A DNA stretch of 63,301 nt, counting the filler, from Reclinomonas americana ATCC 50394 (taxonomy: Eukaryota), in NCBI GenBank assembly GCA_048213135.1. It is 6 parts of 2 records of this genome, joined end to end, with 100 filler letters (N's around TTAATTAATTAA, not from the genome) between each part and the next. Parts side by side here need not be neighbours in the genome. Positions count along the whole stretch, not along the records: positions 1 to 6,717 come from PS015017.1; positions 6,818 to 14,769 come from PS015018.1; positions 14,870 to 23,952 come from PS015018.1; 3 more parts are not named here. One strand, given 5' to 3'. This document shows positions 1-16,096 of this stretch, piece by piece (within the stretch, counting starts at the first letter, position 1; every line of letters begins with the position of its first letter). Made by a program: the position numbers and the translations under genes. The notes under the pieces are model-generated. The model did no database searches. It saw only the letters and a program-made list of their open reading frames with translations, and had not been told where the DNA came from.

Positions 1-751
1 CTAGTTTTTCTTTTTCTCTGCTGCGTCTTCTCTCTTTCCCTGCCTTCCCCGCGTGCGCCCGTGAACTTATAAAGTCGTTCGTGTGTGTGTGTGTGTGTGC
101 GTATTCTCTCTCACAGGCGGCCCGACCGTGATCAGTTGTCTTGTGTATGTGCCCCGTCGTCGCTATGACCACCGCTGCGCTGCGGCCCCTGCGGCCTGTC
201 GACGGAACCACAACAAGTGTACACTTTTGTAACATGAATCTCTCCGCCACGTGCTTCCGAGGAGATAGACTCTCTCTACACACATTTAATAACACTTGTC
301 AGTCGGTGAGGTATGCTTGGTCAGCACACGACAGCTGCTACTACTTCTCGTTCTTTCTCTCTTTCTTTGTTTTTCTTGTGTTGTTCGCAACCGGCCGGTT
401 AGGCCGGTGCACTAACGACGGTGGTACCGGCTCCGCTCCGATCCACCGCGTCCATGAGCTCTGCCGCGATGCGAGGTCTCGACAGGTACCGTGCCAAGGC
501 GCACGGGTCATCCATCGACGGCGCCTTGTCGGCCGCCTCGCGAACTATGATTTTTGTTGTCGCCAAGCGGTGTTAGAAACTCAAAAACCCCACGACCGCA
601 CACTCGCTTCTCCTCATCCTCACTCACCCGCCGACATTCGCAGTCGCAGATCAATCACAACGCGCTTCACGCTCTCGTCGTCGTCATCGTCGCCATCTTC
701 CTCGTCGTCGCCGTCCAACGTGAGTTCGTCTGTGTGACGAACAGCAGTAAG

Positions 752-3700
752 TCAACTCCCACCTTCGTTGGACGACAACGCTGACAAACCTTCGCAATCG
801 ACATCTGTGCCCGTTTCTAGCTCCCACGACTCCACGCTGGGCCCGCTGGTCGCTTGTTCCAGGCCCGAGTCGTGTGGCAGCTGCAGGCGTTCCATCAGTG
901 CCGACGTGACACGATTGAGAACCTCGCCGTCGACTGTGCCCGGCGCAGTGGCGACTGTGGTCATCGACGGGGTGCGCAGCGTGCTGGACGACTCCGAGTC
1001 GGCCGACATGGCGGAGATGACGGTCAGGTTCTCCGACTGAGTCGGCAGCAGCGGGGCAAACATCGTGTCGCTGGATCCGCTCGCCTGCTTCGGCCTGGGC
1101 GGCTGCTCTGATGTGGCTCGTCCCAGTCGCGGAAGAACCAGCAGCGGCGGCTCGTCGTCAACCATTGGATCGGTCCCGCTGTCGACTCGCACCTTCTCCA
1201 CGGCCGCTGCGGATGGTGTGGTCTGTGCTGCGCTCTCCAACTTGGGCTGTCCATTCGTCGTGCGCACTCGTTGCTGCGGGCGCGCCCATGTAGGGGTGGT
1301 GGAGGAGCCAGCAGGCGCGGCGGCATCGCCCGCCTCCCTGTCTCCCTTGTCGAGTTGACGACCAATGTTGGTCAGCAACTGCACAATAAGATCGCTCGTC
1401 TCCACCAGCTGCCGCACAGCATTCTTGTCGTCACCCGACGCCGACTGCTCGCGCACAATACGAGTGGCTTCTCGCGCCACAGCACTGACTGCTTGCATGG
1501 CCACGACGGCATCGCGCGCCAGCTGAGGCGACACAAACGAATTGCCGTTGACAGTGGCCGCGCTGGAGACACCGGATTCGCGCAAAATGTCGTTGACTGC
1601 TGCCGCCGTGCTTGGGTGCGTAACCAATATCGAGGCTTCATCGCCTTCCACTGACGGCGATGCAGCGCCTTGACGAATAGATCATACAGTTAGTTCACGC
1701 ACATCATAGCATAGGGGGAATAGACAAGCGCAGTACTCACCGGTAGCTGCGCGCGTACCGCCATCAATAATGTCCACCACAGCATCGGTTAGCACGGCGC
1801 TCACCAGCTGCTTCACCGAAGCACGCCGCCCCATGGTCAGTTGAATGCCTGGTAGATGCTATGGTGAGAAAAACAAGTGACACAGAGCGAGAAGAAGAAG
1901 AAGAGAGGGAGAGAGCCGTACTCTTGTCGCGAATGGACATTTCGACTGCGTCCGACATCAGAGCTCCCACGACACTTGTCACCGCTGTGAGTTAATCGTG
2001 TGAGTATTTTTTGTTGATACGCATGCATCGTATGGCCTTGCACACCTTCTTCACGGTTCTGCTGTGCGAGAGACGGTCTGCGGCCGAGCAGCGACGACTT
2101 GGACGAGTGTCTCACCAGGGCGCCCGACGACGACTGCCGGCGAGCGAACGGCATTCGACCTGCTTGTACTATCGCATCAGTTCACGTCAACTAACTTGCG
2201 TGAGGGTGTGCAAACACACACATACACACACCTGCATCATCGTCGGCATCGGTTTGCGTGGTGACATTGTCGAATGTTCTGAGTCGTTGTGCCTGCCGTC
2301 GGCGCCGCCGAATCATTCCTACCGTGCCTCCGGCCATGTGAGGATCGTCACCAAAAGCGTCTTCGGTGCCAGTCCCGCTGTCGGTGGTTCGCTGGTGCAA
2401 CATTGAGTCTTCACCAAATACTGCCGTGTCGTCATCGTCGCCGAGTGTGTCACCCATGATGGGCTCGGAGAGATCGAACAAGTCCTGCGCTGAATCGGCC
2501 CCCGCGCCGACTGCCTTCCGAGAGCTGCTATGAGAGCCACTCGCACCAGTGGTGGTCACGCTCATGAGTGGACGGTTAGTGGACCAGAGAGTGATCAGTG
2601 TGCGAGGCAGGCCGATCCCTCGACTTTGCAGCGCTGTAAAGGAGAAGAATAAGGCCATTGGAGAAACAACCGAAACGACCACATCAGCAGGAACCGCACC
2701 CTGCAGTTGGTCTGCTCTGGTAAACTGCGTGTTGGTCATCAGACACTGCTTTGGCTCGCCCTGATAAAAGCTCAAGACCGTGAGCAGAAGTGTGGAGAGT
2801 GAGCGACTGCTGCTTGGGCTACGTAACTGCCACGTCGTACAGCTCAACAGGCGCGCTGGAGAGGATGAAAAGCGTTGATGTGGCATCCGGCGCTTCCTCT
2901 ATCCATCGCCGGTTGCGTGTGGTGATGCCAGCTCCGTACAGCGTGCCACCGGTGAAGTCGAGTTCTTGCATCACTCGCTCGTCAAACGAGTGCGACGTGG
3001 GCAGCACCGAGAGACCGCCAGACACTGGTGCACCAACAAACAAACGAAGAGTGAGTTGAGTCGCAGCTTCTCTCCATGTTCTTCTGTTTCTCACTCACCT
3101 GTCTGTCGGTAGAACACAGCGGATTCGCCATAGGCGGAGTCTGCACAGCGAGTGCTGTCGCTACCCTCGGTAGCGAGAAACATGAAGGCGAAGATCACCG
3201 GCGCAGCACTGCCAACCATCAGTGGTGGCGAATCCCATCGCAGCTGCCCGCGTACACAAGTCACTCATTTTGTTGTAAACATGAGTGTGGCGTGGAAGGC
3301 AGGGGAAACACTCACCTGACACGCTGTTGTGAACCACTCTGTGCCACGATTGCCACTTGAAGTCATACTCAGTGGCGAGGTCGTGCGACTCATAATGTCG
3401 AGAACAAACGACTGGGGAGCCGGTGATGGCGGTGATTCGCCGTCTTCCGAGGCACGCTCATCGTTGCCGAGGATCACGGGAATGAGGTACGAGTCGTTGC
3501 AGAGTGGGAAACGGTCCAACTTGACGCAGACTGATGGCGGTGATGGAAAAAGTCAGTGCCATGTCAACGCGGCGCGAAGTGCGGATGAGATGTAACTGTG
3601 AGACGACCCAGCAGCATTCTGCACGGTCTCGAGAGCCGACACGGGGCCGAGGTATCGCCGACCACCTGCACGTACACAGTCCCGATGAAACTCTGATTTC

Positions 3701-6700
3701 TTTTTAGTGATAATCGACTGCGCTGAGTCTCACAAACCGCACGAGTCGGGTTGCGTCAATATGAGACCAATTGTTGTTGGCAGTGGCTCTGTGTGTATGA
3801 CAAGCCGAGATGAGTAAGCATGAGTAGCTCACTGCCCACCAGCAACGACCAAACGCAACGTGAAGTCGCACGCAGCGAGATCAGCAGGTCTCCAGCTCCT
3901 CCACCCTTGATGCCGCGAATGATGAGCTGCTGCCCCGCCGACACTTGCTCAGGAACAGGCGGCACGCCACTCTCAACAGTGGACGCCATCCATTTCCCCG
4001 CGTATTGCTGTCGCGTCCAACCTTGTGTGTTGCGTGTGTCGGGCTTGTTGACAACCACATCGGCAGCTTCCGAGGACAGCACCGTGACCACAATGGGGAC
4101 CATGTCGTCGAAACGCGCAGCTAGCACTTGGCGGCGGTGCTTGAATGCGGGGAGATGCAGCAGGAAGGGTGTCACCACGCATTCTCGCTGGCCATTGGCG
4201 CACGTGGTGAACCACTGACTGCACTCGCCACAGGTCGAGTGCGTTGTGGCAATGGCATCGCATCGGTAGGCGCTCAGGCCCTGCCGTGCTTGACCACCGG
4301 CGAGTGCCTGGCTTGGACCCTCGCAGAGAGCCAACCCCAGCGAGAATACCGACGCAAAGTTATCCCATTCCACCGTCACACTCTGCGGGGCACGTATGCC
4401 GGCGAGTTGCTGACATGCCACACAGTGAATGTGATGCCCGCTGTGCGAATCAGTCAACAGTGGTGAGTCGGCCATAGTGTGGAAGAGAGACTCTCACACT
4501 TTCCACGCATTTACACACTCACCTCGTTTCACGGTATCGCAAATCCGCACGCCGCGGAATGCGGAATGACACTCGAATATCACCAGTGGCGCCATTTGCC
4601 GTCCTGATGGTCACATGTGGCTTCGTTTGCAGTTGCAGAATGTCCACATCGCTGCCATCGGCGGAGACGAGCGGATGCCGTGCATCAGACACCAGATCTC
4701 CCAGACGTACGAGCATGGTCTCGGAATACACTGCACCGCGCAAGTGAGTGGTGAGCGATGAGCAATGCCATTGAGGAAACCAGTGTGCTGGCGCACCATG
4801 GAAACGAATGCCAGGCAGTGCCACAGAAGCTGCTCGTCGGGCGGTGGTGGAATGCAGAGAGGTCGCGCAGGCATCGGCAACAGTGCGCACGGTCTGTCGC
4901 CACAAAAGATGCAGCAATTTGCCGTCACACAGACCGAGAACGGCATGCGGGTCTGCAGCAAATGGTCAGGTCAGTTTGGCCAGGAAGAGAGCATGCATGC
5001 AGTGTGAACAACGCACGTCGCTGCGCCGCGGTAAACAGATGTGAGACAAACTTGCGCCGCACCACATCCGGTCGTTGAGTGAGCACAGTGCGCGTGTCTC
5101 TCTCGGCTTCCAGCTGCGGCAACCAACACTAGCACATTAGCTCCCATCTTAGAACTGTTGAGAAGTGTGGCGGTGAACGTACCACCGACAAAGCCGATAG
5201 CAATCTGTGCAGCGCCTGCTCAATGCCGGCACCATCCAGCGGAAACGCCTGCGGTCCTCCTTCATGCACGAGTTCAATAGCACACGCCACGGCGCTGCAC
5301 AATTCGTACAGTGGCGGCTGCTTGGTGGCGTCCGTTGGCGTCAGAACCGACGAGAGGATACTCACCACCGTGGACGAGGCTGGCGAGTCGATCAGCGTCG
5401 GCGCTGGACAGGCGAGTAAAGGATATATAGTTGGTACGATTGCGTCATGGTCACTCACACACACAAACACACAATGACGTACTGTGATGAATAAGTTCCG
5501 CGTACAAATCAAAGGCCAGGGCCAGGAAGCGGGAGTCGCGCATACGCCGACTCATGCCGGAGGCCAACGACTGCACTACCAGGGTCTTGTCGTGAATGTC
5601 CAGCACTGCGCAGACGCCAGACAATGTTCAGTCAGCCACATTATTACTTCTACTTTGGCTCTCCCCCTCCATGTCATCCACACCGTTAAGCGGCAGCAGT
5701 TTCAGCAGCACCAGTACAGCGTCGATTTGCTCCAAATCGCTGCCGTAGTCGGAAACATCGGTCTGCGCCACCATGTCGCAGAGGCGGCCCGCGACGTCCA
5801 TGTCGGGAAAACTCAATAGAGCGCGTGCGAATTGCAGCGGATTGGTAGCACGTTCCAGCAGCGCACAAACCGCGAGGCTAAAGTACGACCGTTGAGTGAC
5901 CGAGCGCGACGACAGGGCTCCCAGCATGCGGTCGAGACCACCGGGTGCCGACAGGAGTACGCCGGCGCAATCGCGCTCTGTGCCGCACACGCAGTTCAAG
6001 TTAATGGACGGCTTCCAAAGTCACGCAGATACAGCTGGCGGCGTTCGCAACGAGTACGGGCGGCTGACAAGAACTGCCCAATGGAGGCAGGCAGGCAGCG
6101 AATAAGCTCTGTCACGCTGTTGGCTGCAGCCGGTCCAGCGGCCGACGAGGTTAATCGACGAGCGTGCTTCTGCTCGGCCGGCACTGGCAGTGAATGATGG
6201 CGACTGCTGGCGAGGGGTGTTCGCGTGGTCATCAGGGTCGGCAGCGTGAGTGTGTGCGGCGTGGCGGCCGATGATCGCGACGAGATCATGCGATCGTCCG
6301 CAGAGTCGAAAAAGGCACGCGGTGTGATCATGGAAGGCAATGCTAGTTGCCGACGAGGCGACGACGGCACGCTGAGGCTTGTCGTCAACTGCGATCGCAG
6401 ACTGGTTGGCAGGAGTGGAGAGGATGAGACAGATGGTACGGAAGCAACGTACCTTGGTGCCGGGCGGAACCAGCACCACGCCACCGGATCTGGTGGGTGA
6501 CACAGGTGCGGACCGAGTGAATTGCTGAGAGACTGTTCGAAGGGTTTTTTCGTTGGTAACACGCAAAAGGCGAACAACGGCGACGGCGAGAGACGCAACA
6601 CTCGTTCAGGTTCAGTGCGGGAATGCCTGCAGTGGTACCAAGCACAAACATGAGAATGCGAATACTCGAAGACGACGTTGTGCTCTCTGCCACTCACCGT

Positions 6701-6717
6701 CAGCTGCAGCACTTCGA
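752..6717 (-). CDS. Large multi-exon protein of unknown function (5' truncated; possibly more than one gene)
   Basis: Chain of minus-strand ORF segments (752-1651, 2191-2886, 2819-3094, 3756-4475, 5129-5512, 5628-5999, 5996-6712) separated by short GT-AG intron-like stretches. No family motif recognised. Confidence 0.45.
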
Positions 6718-6817
6718 NNNNNNNNNNNNNNNNNNNNNNNNNNNNNNNNNNNNNNNNNNNNTTAATTAATTAANNNNNNNNNNNNNNNNNNNNNNNNNNN
6801 NNNNNNNNNNNNNNNNN
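6718..6817. other. Artificial scaffold linker (N-TTAATTAATTAA-N)
   Basis: Six-frame stop linker embedded in Ns. The same linker occurs at about 14770-14869, 23953-24052, 40895-40994 and 59530-59629. Confidence 0.97.
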
Positions 6818-7910
6818 TGAACTGGAAGAGCAGGCGGTCAGGGCCTCAAACAGCGGCGCCAGCGCGCCATAGTGCAGCGCACAGCGCTCCAAGCACAGCG
6901 ACCGCAGCGACCGGTTCTTCCTCACCATGTCGCCGAGCGCCGCACCGCCCTCCATCATAATGTAATTGACTAGGGGCAACAAAGAGTGAGCGAGCACACA
7001 CACACTGGAAACGACCACACCGCAACGGAGCGCAACTCATGACAGTGAGCTCCTCCAACGACGAATTCTCGCTAATGGCGCGGAACAGGTGGTTGGCCAG
7101 CGTCTGCGAGAGCAGGTTTTGCTCCAAGCGCAGCGAGCGCAGTCGACACGTGGGCGCACGCAGCAGCGTGGCCAGCGCCACCGCTCCATCCTCCTCCAGT
7201 TGTACCCAGTTGAGGAAGGCCAAGTCACGCAACGCACTACGCGGATCTGAGCAGCAGCAGCAACAACACAGAGTGAGAGACGAGAAACAAGGACAAGGAC
7301 AAGGAGGAAGAGGGGGAAGACGCAACTGGCCGACACAGCCTCCAACATCAATCGCACACTCGGACCGCGCACCGCCCCACTAAACGACCCATCGTTGCGC
7401 ATGCTGACACTCTCCAAGTAGCGCGACACGGGGCTGTCGACCGACAGCGCCTCGGCCAGCAGCGCAGCCGGTCGCGGCCCCGTCGCTCCCCCAGGCTGCG
7501 TGGCCACTCGTCTCAATCGCGGAAACGTGGCCAGCGCCTTCTCCAGCGCCACCTCATTCTGCGGACTGACCGCCACCATGTGCTCCCTAAAGATACTCAT
7601 CCACTGCCAACACACCTGCGAACACACACGACTATCATCAGTCGTTCATGTTCGATGCTATTATCGCCTCTCTGTCACACACACACACATGATTTACACA
7701 ATCGCTCACTATCTTCCGTCGACAAACCGTCGCACATGATCCATAGTCTTTGGCATTGAGAAACGAAAGCACATGTCCCCAAAGAGCTGCGTCAGGCAGC
7801 AAATCCTCGCGCACAATCACTGACACCAATCGCTCCTCTTCCTCCTCCTCCGTCCTTTCTTCCACATTGCCTGCTTCGCTCTCACGAAAACGCGGTGCCG
7901 CAGAGGCCAT
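6818..7910 (-). CDS. F-box / RNI-like leucine-rich repeat protein (3' truncated, multi-exon)
   Basis: N-terminal LLPDAALWGHVLSFLNAKDYGSCATVCRR F-box-like motif, followed by RNI-type LRRs (LRSLRLEQNLL, NSSLEELT, NRSLRSLCLERCAL). Divergently oriented to DDX41. Confidence 0.75.
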
Positions 7911-8025
7911 CAAACAAGCAACACCCTTTCTCTCTCTCTCTCTCGAAACACTTCAGCAGCGACTATTTATAGTGTCGCCAACTGGCCGCCAGTTCGCTCA
8001 ATTGGCGCGCCATTTGGTTGTTGCA

Positions 8026-10879
<2,854 letters not shown>

Positions 10880-11326
10880 TGCCAGAGCTGAGGCGTGTGA
10901 AGAGAGAGAGAGCAAGACGATTAAAATATTGGAATCGTGTACAAAAACAAAAAAGATGCGTTCGAACGCCGTCAGTCATCCACAAGAAGCTGGGCGTCCG
11001 TCAATGGCCACTGGGTTTCCATGCACTGTGGCGCCGTGCCACCATGCCTCCCCCCAAATCACGGAAAAGGTTCTATGAGAAAGATGCTGCAAAGATCCGA
11101 GTACCGATTCACAAATTATTCGCGAATGATTCGGGTCAGGTGCGACCGGGTGCGGGCGGGTTGGCATCTTTTTTATCCTTCTCTTCTTACACGCCCGCTG
11201 AGCGAAAGCAACCTACTCCCTCTTCTCTTCACAACCCCCTTCCCACACAGTTGAGTCTCTCGATCTGTCTTGTCACCCTCCTGCGATCCTGTCACTCAAC
11301 CTTTTCTCTCTCTGCAGAAAACACAA

Positions 11327-11608
11327 ATGGCCGGAACGTACGCCAAGTCTGTGCTCCGTCACACCATCGACACCAAGGAGGCGTGGCCCATGGTCTTCTT
11401 CGTCGGCGTCGCCTGCGCTGGCTCTGCCGCCTCGATGATCACCCACACTCGCAAGAACCCCGACATTGCGTTCGACCGCAAGGGCGAGTACGCCTGGGAC
11501 CACGCCGCCGTCGTCGGCGACAAGGTGCACCACGGCTTCTTCACGACCCACCGCCAGAAGTCCAAGGACATCTTCACGTCCATGAACGAGGCCTTCACCC
11601 GCCCATAA
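11327..11608 (+). CDS. B12D/NDUFA4 (COXFA4)-like small mitochondrial membrane protein, copy 1
   Basis: 93 aa; EAWPMVFFVGVACAGSAASM transmembrane segment followed by NPDIAFDRK, matching the B12D/NDUFA4 pattern; probable 5' UTR intron ending at about 11317. Confidence 0.8.
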   Translation: MAGTYAKSVLRHTIDTKEAWPMVFFVGVACAGSAASMITHTRKNPDIAFDRKGEYAWDHAAVVGDKVHHGFFTTHRQKSKDIFTSMNEAFTRP

Positions 11609-12357
11609 GCGTCCACGCGTCGCCGCGCGCAGCGCCGTGGTTGTTGTTGTTGTTGTCGTGTGCGATCCAACAGGTCGCGTTCACGATGCAGCTGCAGCTG
11701 CAGCCGCGGCGCGTGCGCGCAGCGTAGCGATGAAAAGCAAATAAGATAATGAATGTTTTGTTGTATAGTGCCATCGCCATCGTCCCTGCCACACACCACC
11801 ACCTGTTGTCTCCACGCTGCGAGAGAGAACTGACGATCGCGACAAATCACCCTCCGCCGCTGCGGCGATTGCACGCTGCCACTTGCACCTCGTTGCGGTA
11901 CGTCAGCGGTCGGTCGCACAACATCACGGCGATGAAGCACCACCACTTCGTACGGTCCGATGGTTGAGTTGTCGCCGACTCTGCCTCGAGCTCCGATTTT
12001 TTTCGCTGCGTTTCTTGCACTGCGATTGCCGAGATCGTGTGCGTCCTTGTCTCCCTGCAGCACCCTCCTCTCTGGATACACAATCGCTGAAGAGCACGAG
12101 TGCAGTCCCTGGTGGCCAGCTTTATCGATCGCTTTCGATCGATATCGATATCGCTTTGCATGAATCGCGATCGTTCGTTGCCTCACCCACCCAAGCACCA
12201 CGAGGGACGACGACAGGTATCATACTATACATCATAACATTCATTAACTTTCCTGCCTGTCACCACCACCGCTGCTGCTGCTGCTGCGTGAACGCGACCT
12301 GTTGGATCGATATCGCACACGACAACAACAACAACACGGCGACGTGAATGAGCACGC

Positions 12358-12639
12358 TTATGGGCGGGTGAAGGCCTCGTTCATGGTCGTGAAGATGTCC
12401 TTGGACCTTTGGCGGTGGGTCGTGAAGAAGCCATGGTGTACCTTGTCGCCGACGACGGCGGCGTGGTCCCAGGCGTACTCGCCCTTGCGGTCAAAGGCGA
12501 TGTCGGGGTTCTTGCGAGTGTGGGTGATCATCGAGGCGGCAGAGCCAGCGCAAGCGACGCCGACAAAGAAGACCATGGGCCACGCCTCCTTGGTCTCGAT
12601 GGTGTAGCGGAGCACAGACTTGGCGTACGTTCCGGCCAT
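12358..12639 (-). CDS. B12D/NDUFA4-like protein, copy 2
   Basis: Near-identical 93-aa ORF on the minus strand. Confidence 0.8.
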   Translation of the reverse strand: MAGTYAKSVLRYTIETKEAWPMVFFVGVACAGSAASMITHTRKNPDIAFDRKGEYAWDHAAVVGDKVHHGFFTTHRQRSKDIFTTMNEAFTRP

Positions 12640-13241
12640 TTTCTGCAAGGAGGGAGAAGGTGAGTGATCTCATGACAGGTTCAAGCAACAAGGACAAGGC
12701 AAATCGAGAGACTCAACTGGTATGTTGTTGTGTTGGGAGGGGTTTGTGAAGAGAAGAGGGAGCAGGTTGCTTTCGCTCAGCGGTGTGTGGGAAGAGAGAG
12801 GATAAAAAAGATCCAGCACCTGAGGTGCGACGATTGAATCTGGCCGGATCTTTCGTTGCAACAAAGATGCGAACGATGATTTGAATGCTGAGCGATCAAT
12901 TGCTTCTCATAATTCACTTTGCGCGGCGACGATTGGTGGTGGCACGTGGGACCGCTGATTGACGCCCGTTGGCCACCAAGGGCTGACGCAGGCATGCGGA
13001 TCGGACGCTAGCAAAGATCCGGCCAAAAATGAGATTCATCATCGCACCTGTCAGGTGCGGGCCGGGTGCGGACTGGTGCTGGATCTTTTTATCCTTCTCT
13101 TTCTCACACGCCGCTGAGCGAAAGCAACCTGCTCCCTCTTCTCTTCACAAACCCCACCCAACACAACCATCACAGTTGAGTCCTGTCACAGGCCATGACC
13201 ACACACCTTCCTGTCACTCACCTTCTCCCTCCTTGCAGAAA

Positions 13242-13523
13242 ATGGCCGGAACGTACGCCAAGTCTGTGCTCCGCTACACCATCGAGACCAAGGAGGCGTG
13301 GCCCATGGTCTTCTTTGTCGGCGTCGCCTGCGCTGGCTCTGCCGCGTCGATGATCACCCACACTCGCAAGAACCCCGACATTGCCTTTGACCGCAAGGGC
13401 GAGTACGCCTGGGACCACGCCGCCGTTGTCGGCGACAAGGTGCACCACGGCTTCTTCACGGCCCACCGCCAAAGGTCCAAGGACATCTTCACGTCCATGA
13501 ACGAGGCCTTCACCCGCCCATAA
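13242..13523 (+). CDS. B12D/NDUFA4-like protein, copy 3
   Basis: Near-identical 93-aa ORF, head-to-head with copy 2. Confidence 0.8.
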   Translation: MAGTYAKSVLRYTIETKEAWPMVFFVGVACAGSAASMITHTRKNPDIAFDRKGEYAWDHAAVVGDKVHHGFFTAHRQRSKDIFTSMNEAFTRP

Positions 13524-13756
13524 GCGTGCTCACATCGCTGTGTTGTTGTTGTCGTGTGCGATCCAACAGGTCGCGTTCACGCAGCAGCAGCAGCGGTGAT
13601 GGTGACAGGCAGGAAAGATAATGAATGTTATGATGTATAGTATGATACCTGTCGTCGTCCCTCGTGGTGCTTGGGTGGGTGAGGCAACGAACGATGCGAA
13701 ACCGCCACAAGAAACCAACAAGCAAACATCATGCAGGTCTGTACTTACACTCTCGC

Positions 13757-14689
13757 TCACACGTTCTTGCGGCGCGTCAGGTGATCGTACAACACCACAG
13801 TGGAGTACTCCTTGGTGGCCAGTGGCGTGCGCGTGGAGTTGTCGCCCACCGACTCGGCCTTTGGGTTGACGTAGATCAGCTTGCGATCACGCTTGTGCTT
13901 GAAGGTGAGGCCGTTGACGTCCTCGGCCAGCACCTCGAACGATGGCGAGTTGGTCGATCGCAGTGTCTGCGTCTTCCAGTTGTAGTACGACAGGTCCAGT
14001 GGCTGCGGGTACAGCTTCTTCTTGCCAGAAAAGTACACCGTGAAGTCCTCGGTGCGCATGCGGTGACCAACTGCATCGCGGGGCAAGAGAGAAGTGAATA
14101 ACAGCTGCGAAGGAGAGAGAGAGAGAGAGGTACGCCCCACATACCGTCCACGTAGCCGCTGATCTCGTGGCCGCGGACGTTTTCTTCGCGGATGAAGACG
14201 ATTGTCTGCACGAGAGAGAGTCAGAAGGGAGTCCGTTTTGGAGTGACTCTCTCTCTCTCTCTTTCTCTTCCACACCACACCTCCATGCGCCCACTTCGAA
14301 TATCGAGCTCACGCTTGGCCAACTCCTGCAACAGCGGACTGTGCGACAGGTCGTAGCCCACGTGGCACACGGCCTTGACGTCGCGTCCACTGGCCTGCGT
14401 TCCGTGTCTGGCCACTCGCTTGCGCTCCTCGAACTCAAAACGTGACAGTGCGTCCTTGCCCTTGTGTGTGTGCTGTACAGTGCGCGACACCACGCGTCAG
14501 CATCGGCGGCACACGAGTGTGCATGCGTGCGCGTTCACCAACCTCCACCAAATCCCTCGCCAACTCTGGATCCTCCAAGTAATCCAGATCCTGTTGTGAC
14601 ACGAACGTGTCGAGGTACTCCTCGTAGGAGCTGAACTTGACCACCGGGTCCTCCATGGCCAGGAACGTGTTCTCGACCCCAGACTCCAT
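13757..14689 (-). CDS. CFAP299: Cilia- and flagella-associated protein 299 (C4orf22/DUF4464), multi-exon
   Basis: FSSYEEYLD...LDYLEDPELARDLVE, GHEISGYVD, DLSYYNW, GLTFKHKRDRKLIYVNP, GDNSTRT, VVLYDHLTRRK. Confidence 0.9.
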
Positions 14690-14869
14690 TTTCTCTCTCT
14701 CAGTGCGTTTCCGAAGAATGAATGAAAACGGCGCGAGTACGGTACAAACAAATCAATCCAAGTGAGTGTNNNNNNNNNNNNNNNNNNNNNNNNNNNNNNN
14801 NNNNNNNNNNNNNTTAATTAATTAANNNNNNNNNNNNNNNNNNNNNNNNNNNNNNNNNNNNNNNNNNNN

Positions 14870-15748
14870 CATCTTCATCGTTCGCACGTGCACATCATCG
14901 TCACCGCCCTCGGTCACATCCGGGTCGGCATCCGGCGCCGCCATCAGCGCCGACAGTGCCTCCTCGCTCATCGGCACATCCCCGCCATCGCCGCCAGCAG
15001 TGGCGCCCTCCGGAGCACTGGTCTCGTGTGGTGCCGACGCCGCAGAGCCAGCAGCGGCGGCACCGCCATTCCCACCCACCGACGACGGCTCGTCCTCGTC
15101 GGGTCGAAGCGGCCTGACCACCGCCGGATCCAAGTTGCTCAGCACCTGCAACTCGCGTCGATACGGCAGCTCGTCGGCCAGCAACATCTCGTCGATGCGC
15201 AGGAACGTCCGTCGCAGCGCCTCCGGCACGTCACCGCGAGAAAACTGATCGGAACGCGCCAACTCCTTGGCAAAGTGGCGGCGGCAAAAGAGCGCCACTT
15301 CCTTGCCTCCGTGTCCATCAAACACACCAAACACAGCGGCACGTGTGTTGCCAATGGTCAGCTCCGGGAGGCACAAGTGTGCGTCTTCCTGGTTTGTTCG
15401 CCTGTTGCGAGTGAGTGAGTGAGTGCGTGTGTGTGTGCGAGAGAGAGAGAGACAAGTCCACACGAGGACCAAATTGCACTTTCATGAGCACATTTTTTCT
15501 TCTCACACTGGCGACGAACAGAGCGAGGATGCGTGCGCGTGCATGAAGAGAGGAGAGCACATGATGTGTGCGTGCGTGTGCGTGCGTGCGCGCGTGTACG
15601 AAAGACGAGCTGTCTCTGTCTGACATGGACATCACCACGCGCCGCACCAGCCCTGCATGCTCGAGACGCCAAAGCGGAAGCTGCCACCCTCTGCACCACC
15701 ATCCTCAATGTGCTTCTCGCGGTTCGGCGAGGAGAGCAAAACACCCAT
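14870..15748 (-). CDS. Protein phosphatase 2C, PPM1G-like (3' truncated)
   Basis: MGVLLSSP...FGVSSMQGW|RTNQEDAH...FGVFDGHGGKEVALFC...LRRTFLRIDEML, followed by an acidic/low-complexity insert. Confidence 0.9.
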
Positions 15749-16096
15749 TGCTCGTGAATGAAGAAGGGAGTGACAATGTGAGGAGTGACTCACTCCTCAA
15801 ACATCACACGCACACGCAGCACACACGCCCCGCTGCCCGCTCCCCGCCTCTCTCTTTCCACTGGCACATGCATCGCACACGGTGGAGGAAAGAGTGATGC
15901 AGTGGAGATCAACAACAACGAATATGAGGACAACACGCTTGATTGTGTTGACGACGATTGCAAACGTTACACGGGGTTTCTATTCATTAACAAAACAAGC
16001 ACACGAGCTCTACAAGGGGGCATCATAAGCAGGCATCGGGAGACAAAAAAGGAAAAATTATTAATGGTGTAAAAAGCGTGCAGGGGCGCCGCCGCG

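Larger units (their letters stand above)
12166..13697. repeat. Large imperfect inverted repeat (arms about 12166-12853 and 13013-13697, spacer about 160 bp)
   Basis: The CDS, 3' flank, 5' UTR intron and upstream aaagatccggcc motif of copies 2 and 3 are reverse complements of each other. Confidence 0.9.

Noticed and set aside
6718-6817. Palindromic TTAATTAATTAA recurring five times
   Set aside because: Always centred in a 100-nt N block; an artificial scaffold linker. Gene adjacency across these linkers is not meaningful.
12124-12143. ATCGATCG-CTTT-CGATCGAT hairpin between convergent B12D copies
   Set aside because: Low-complexity ATCG repeats are self-complementary by nature; no further support.
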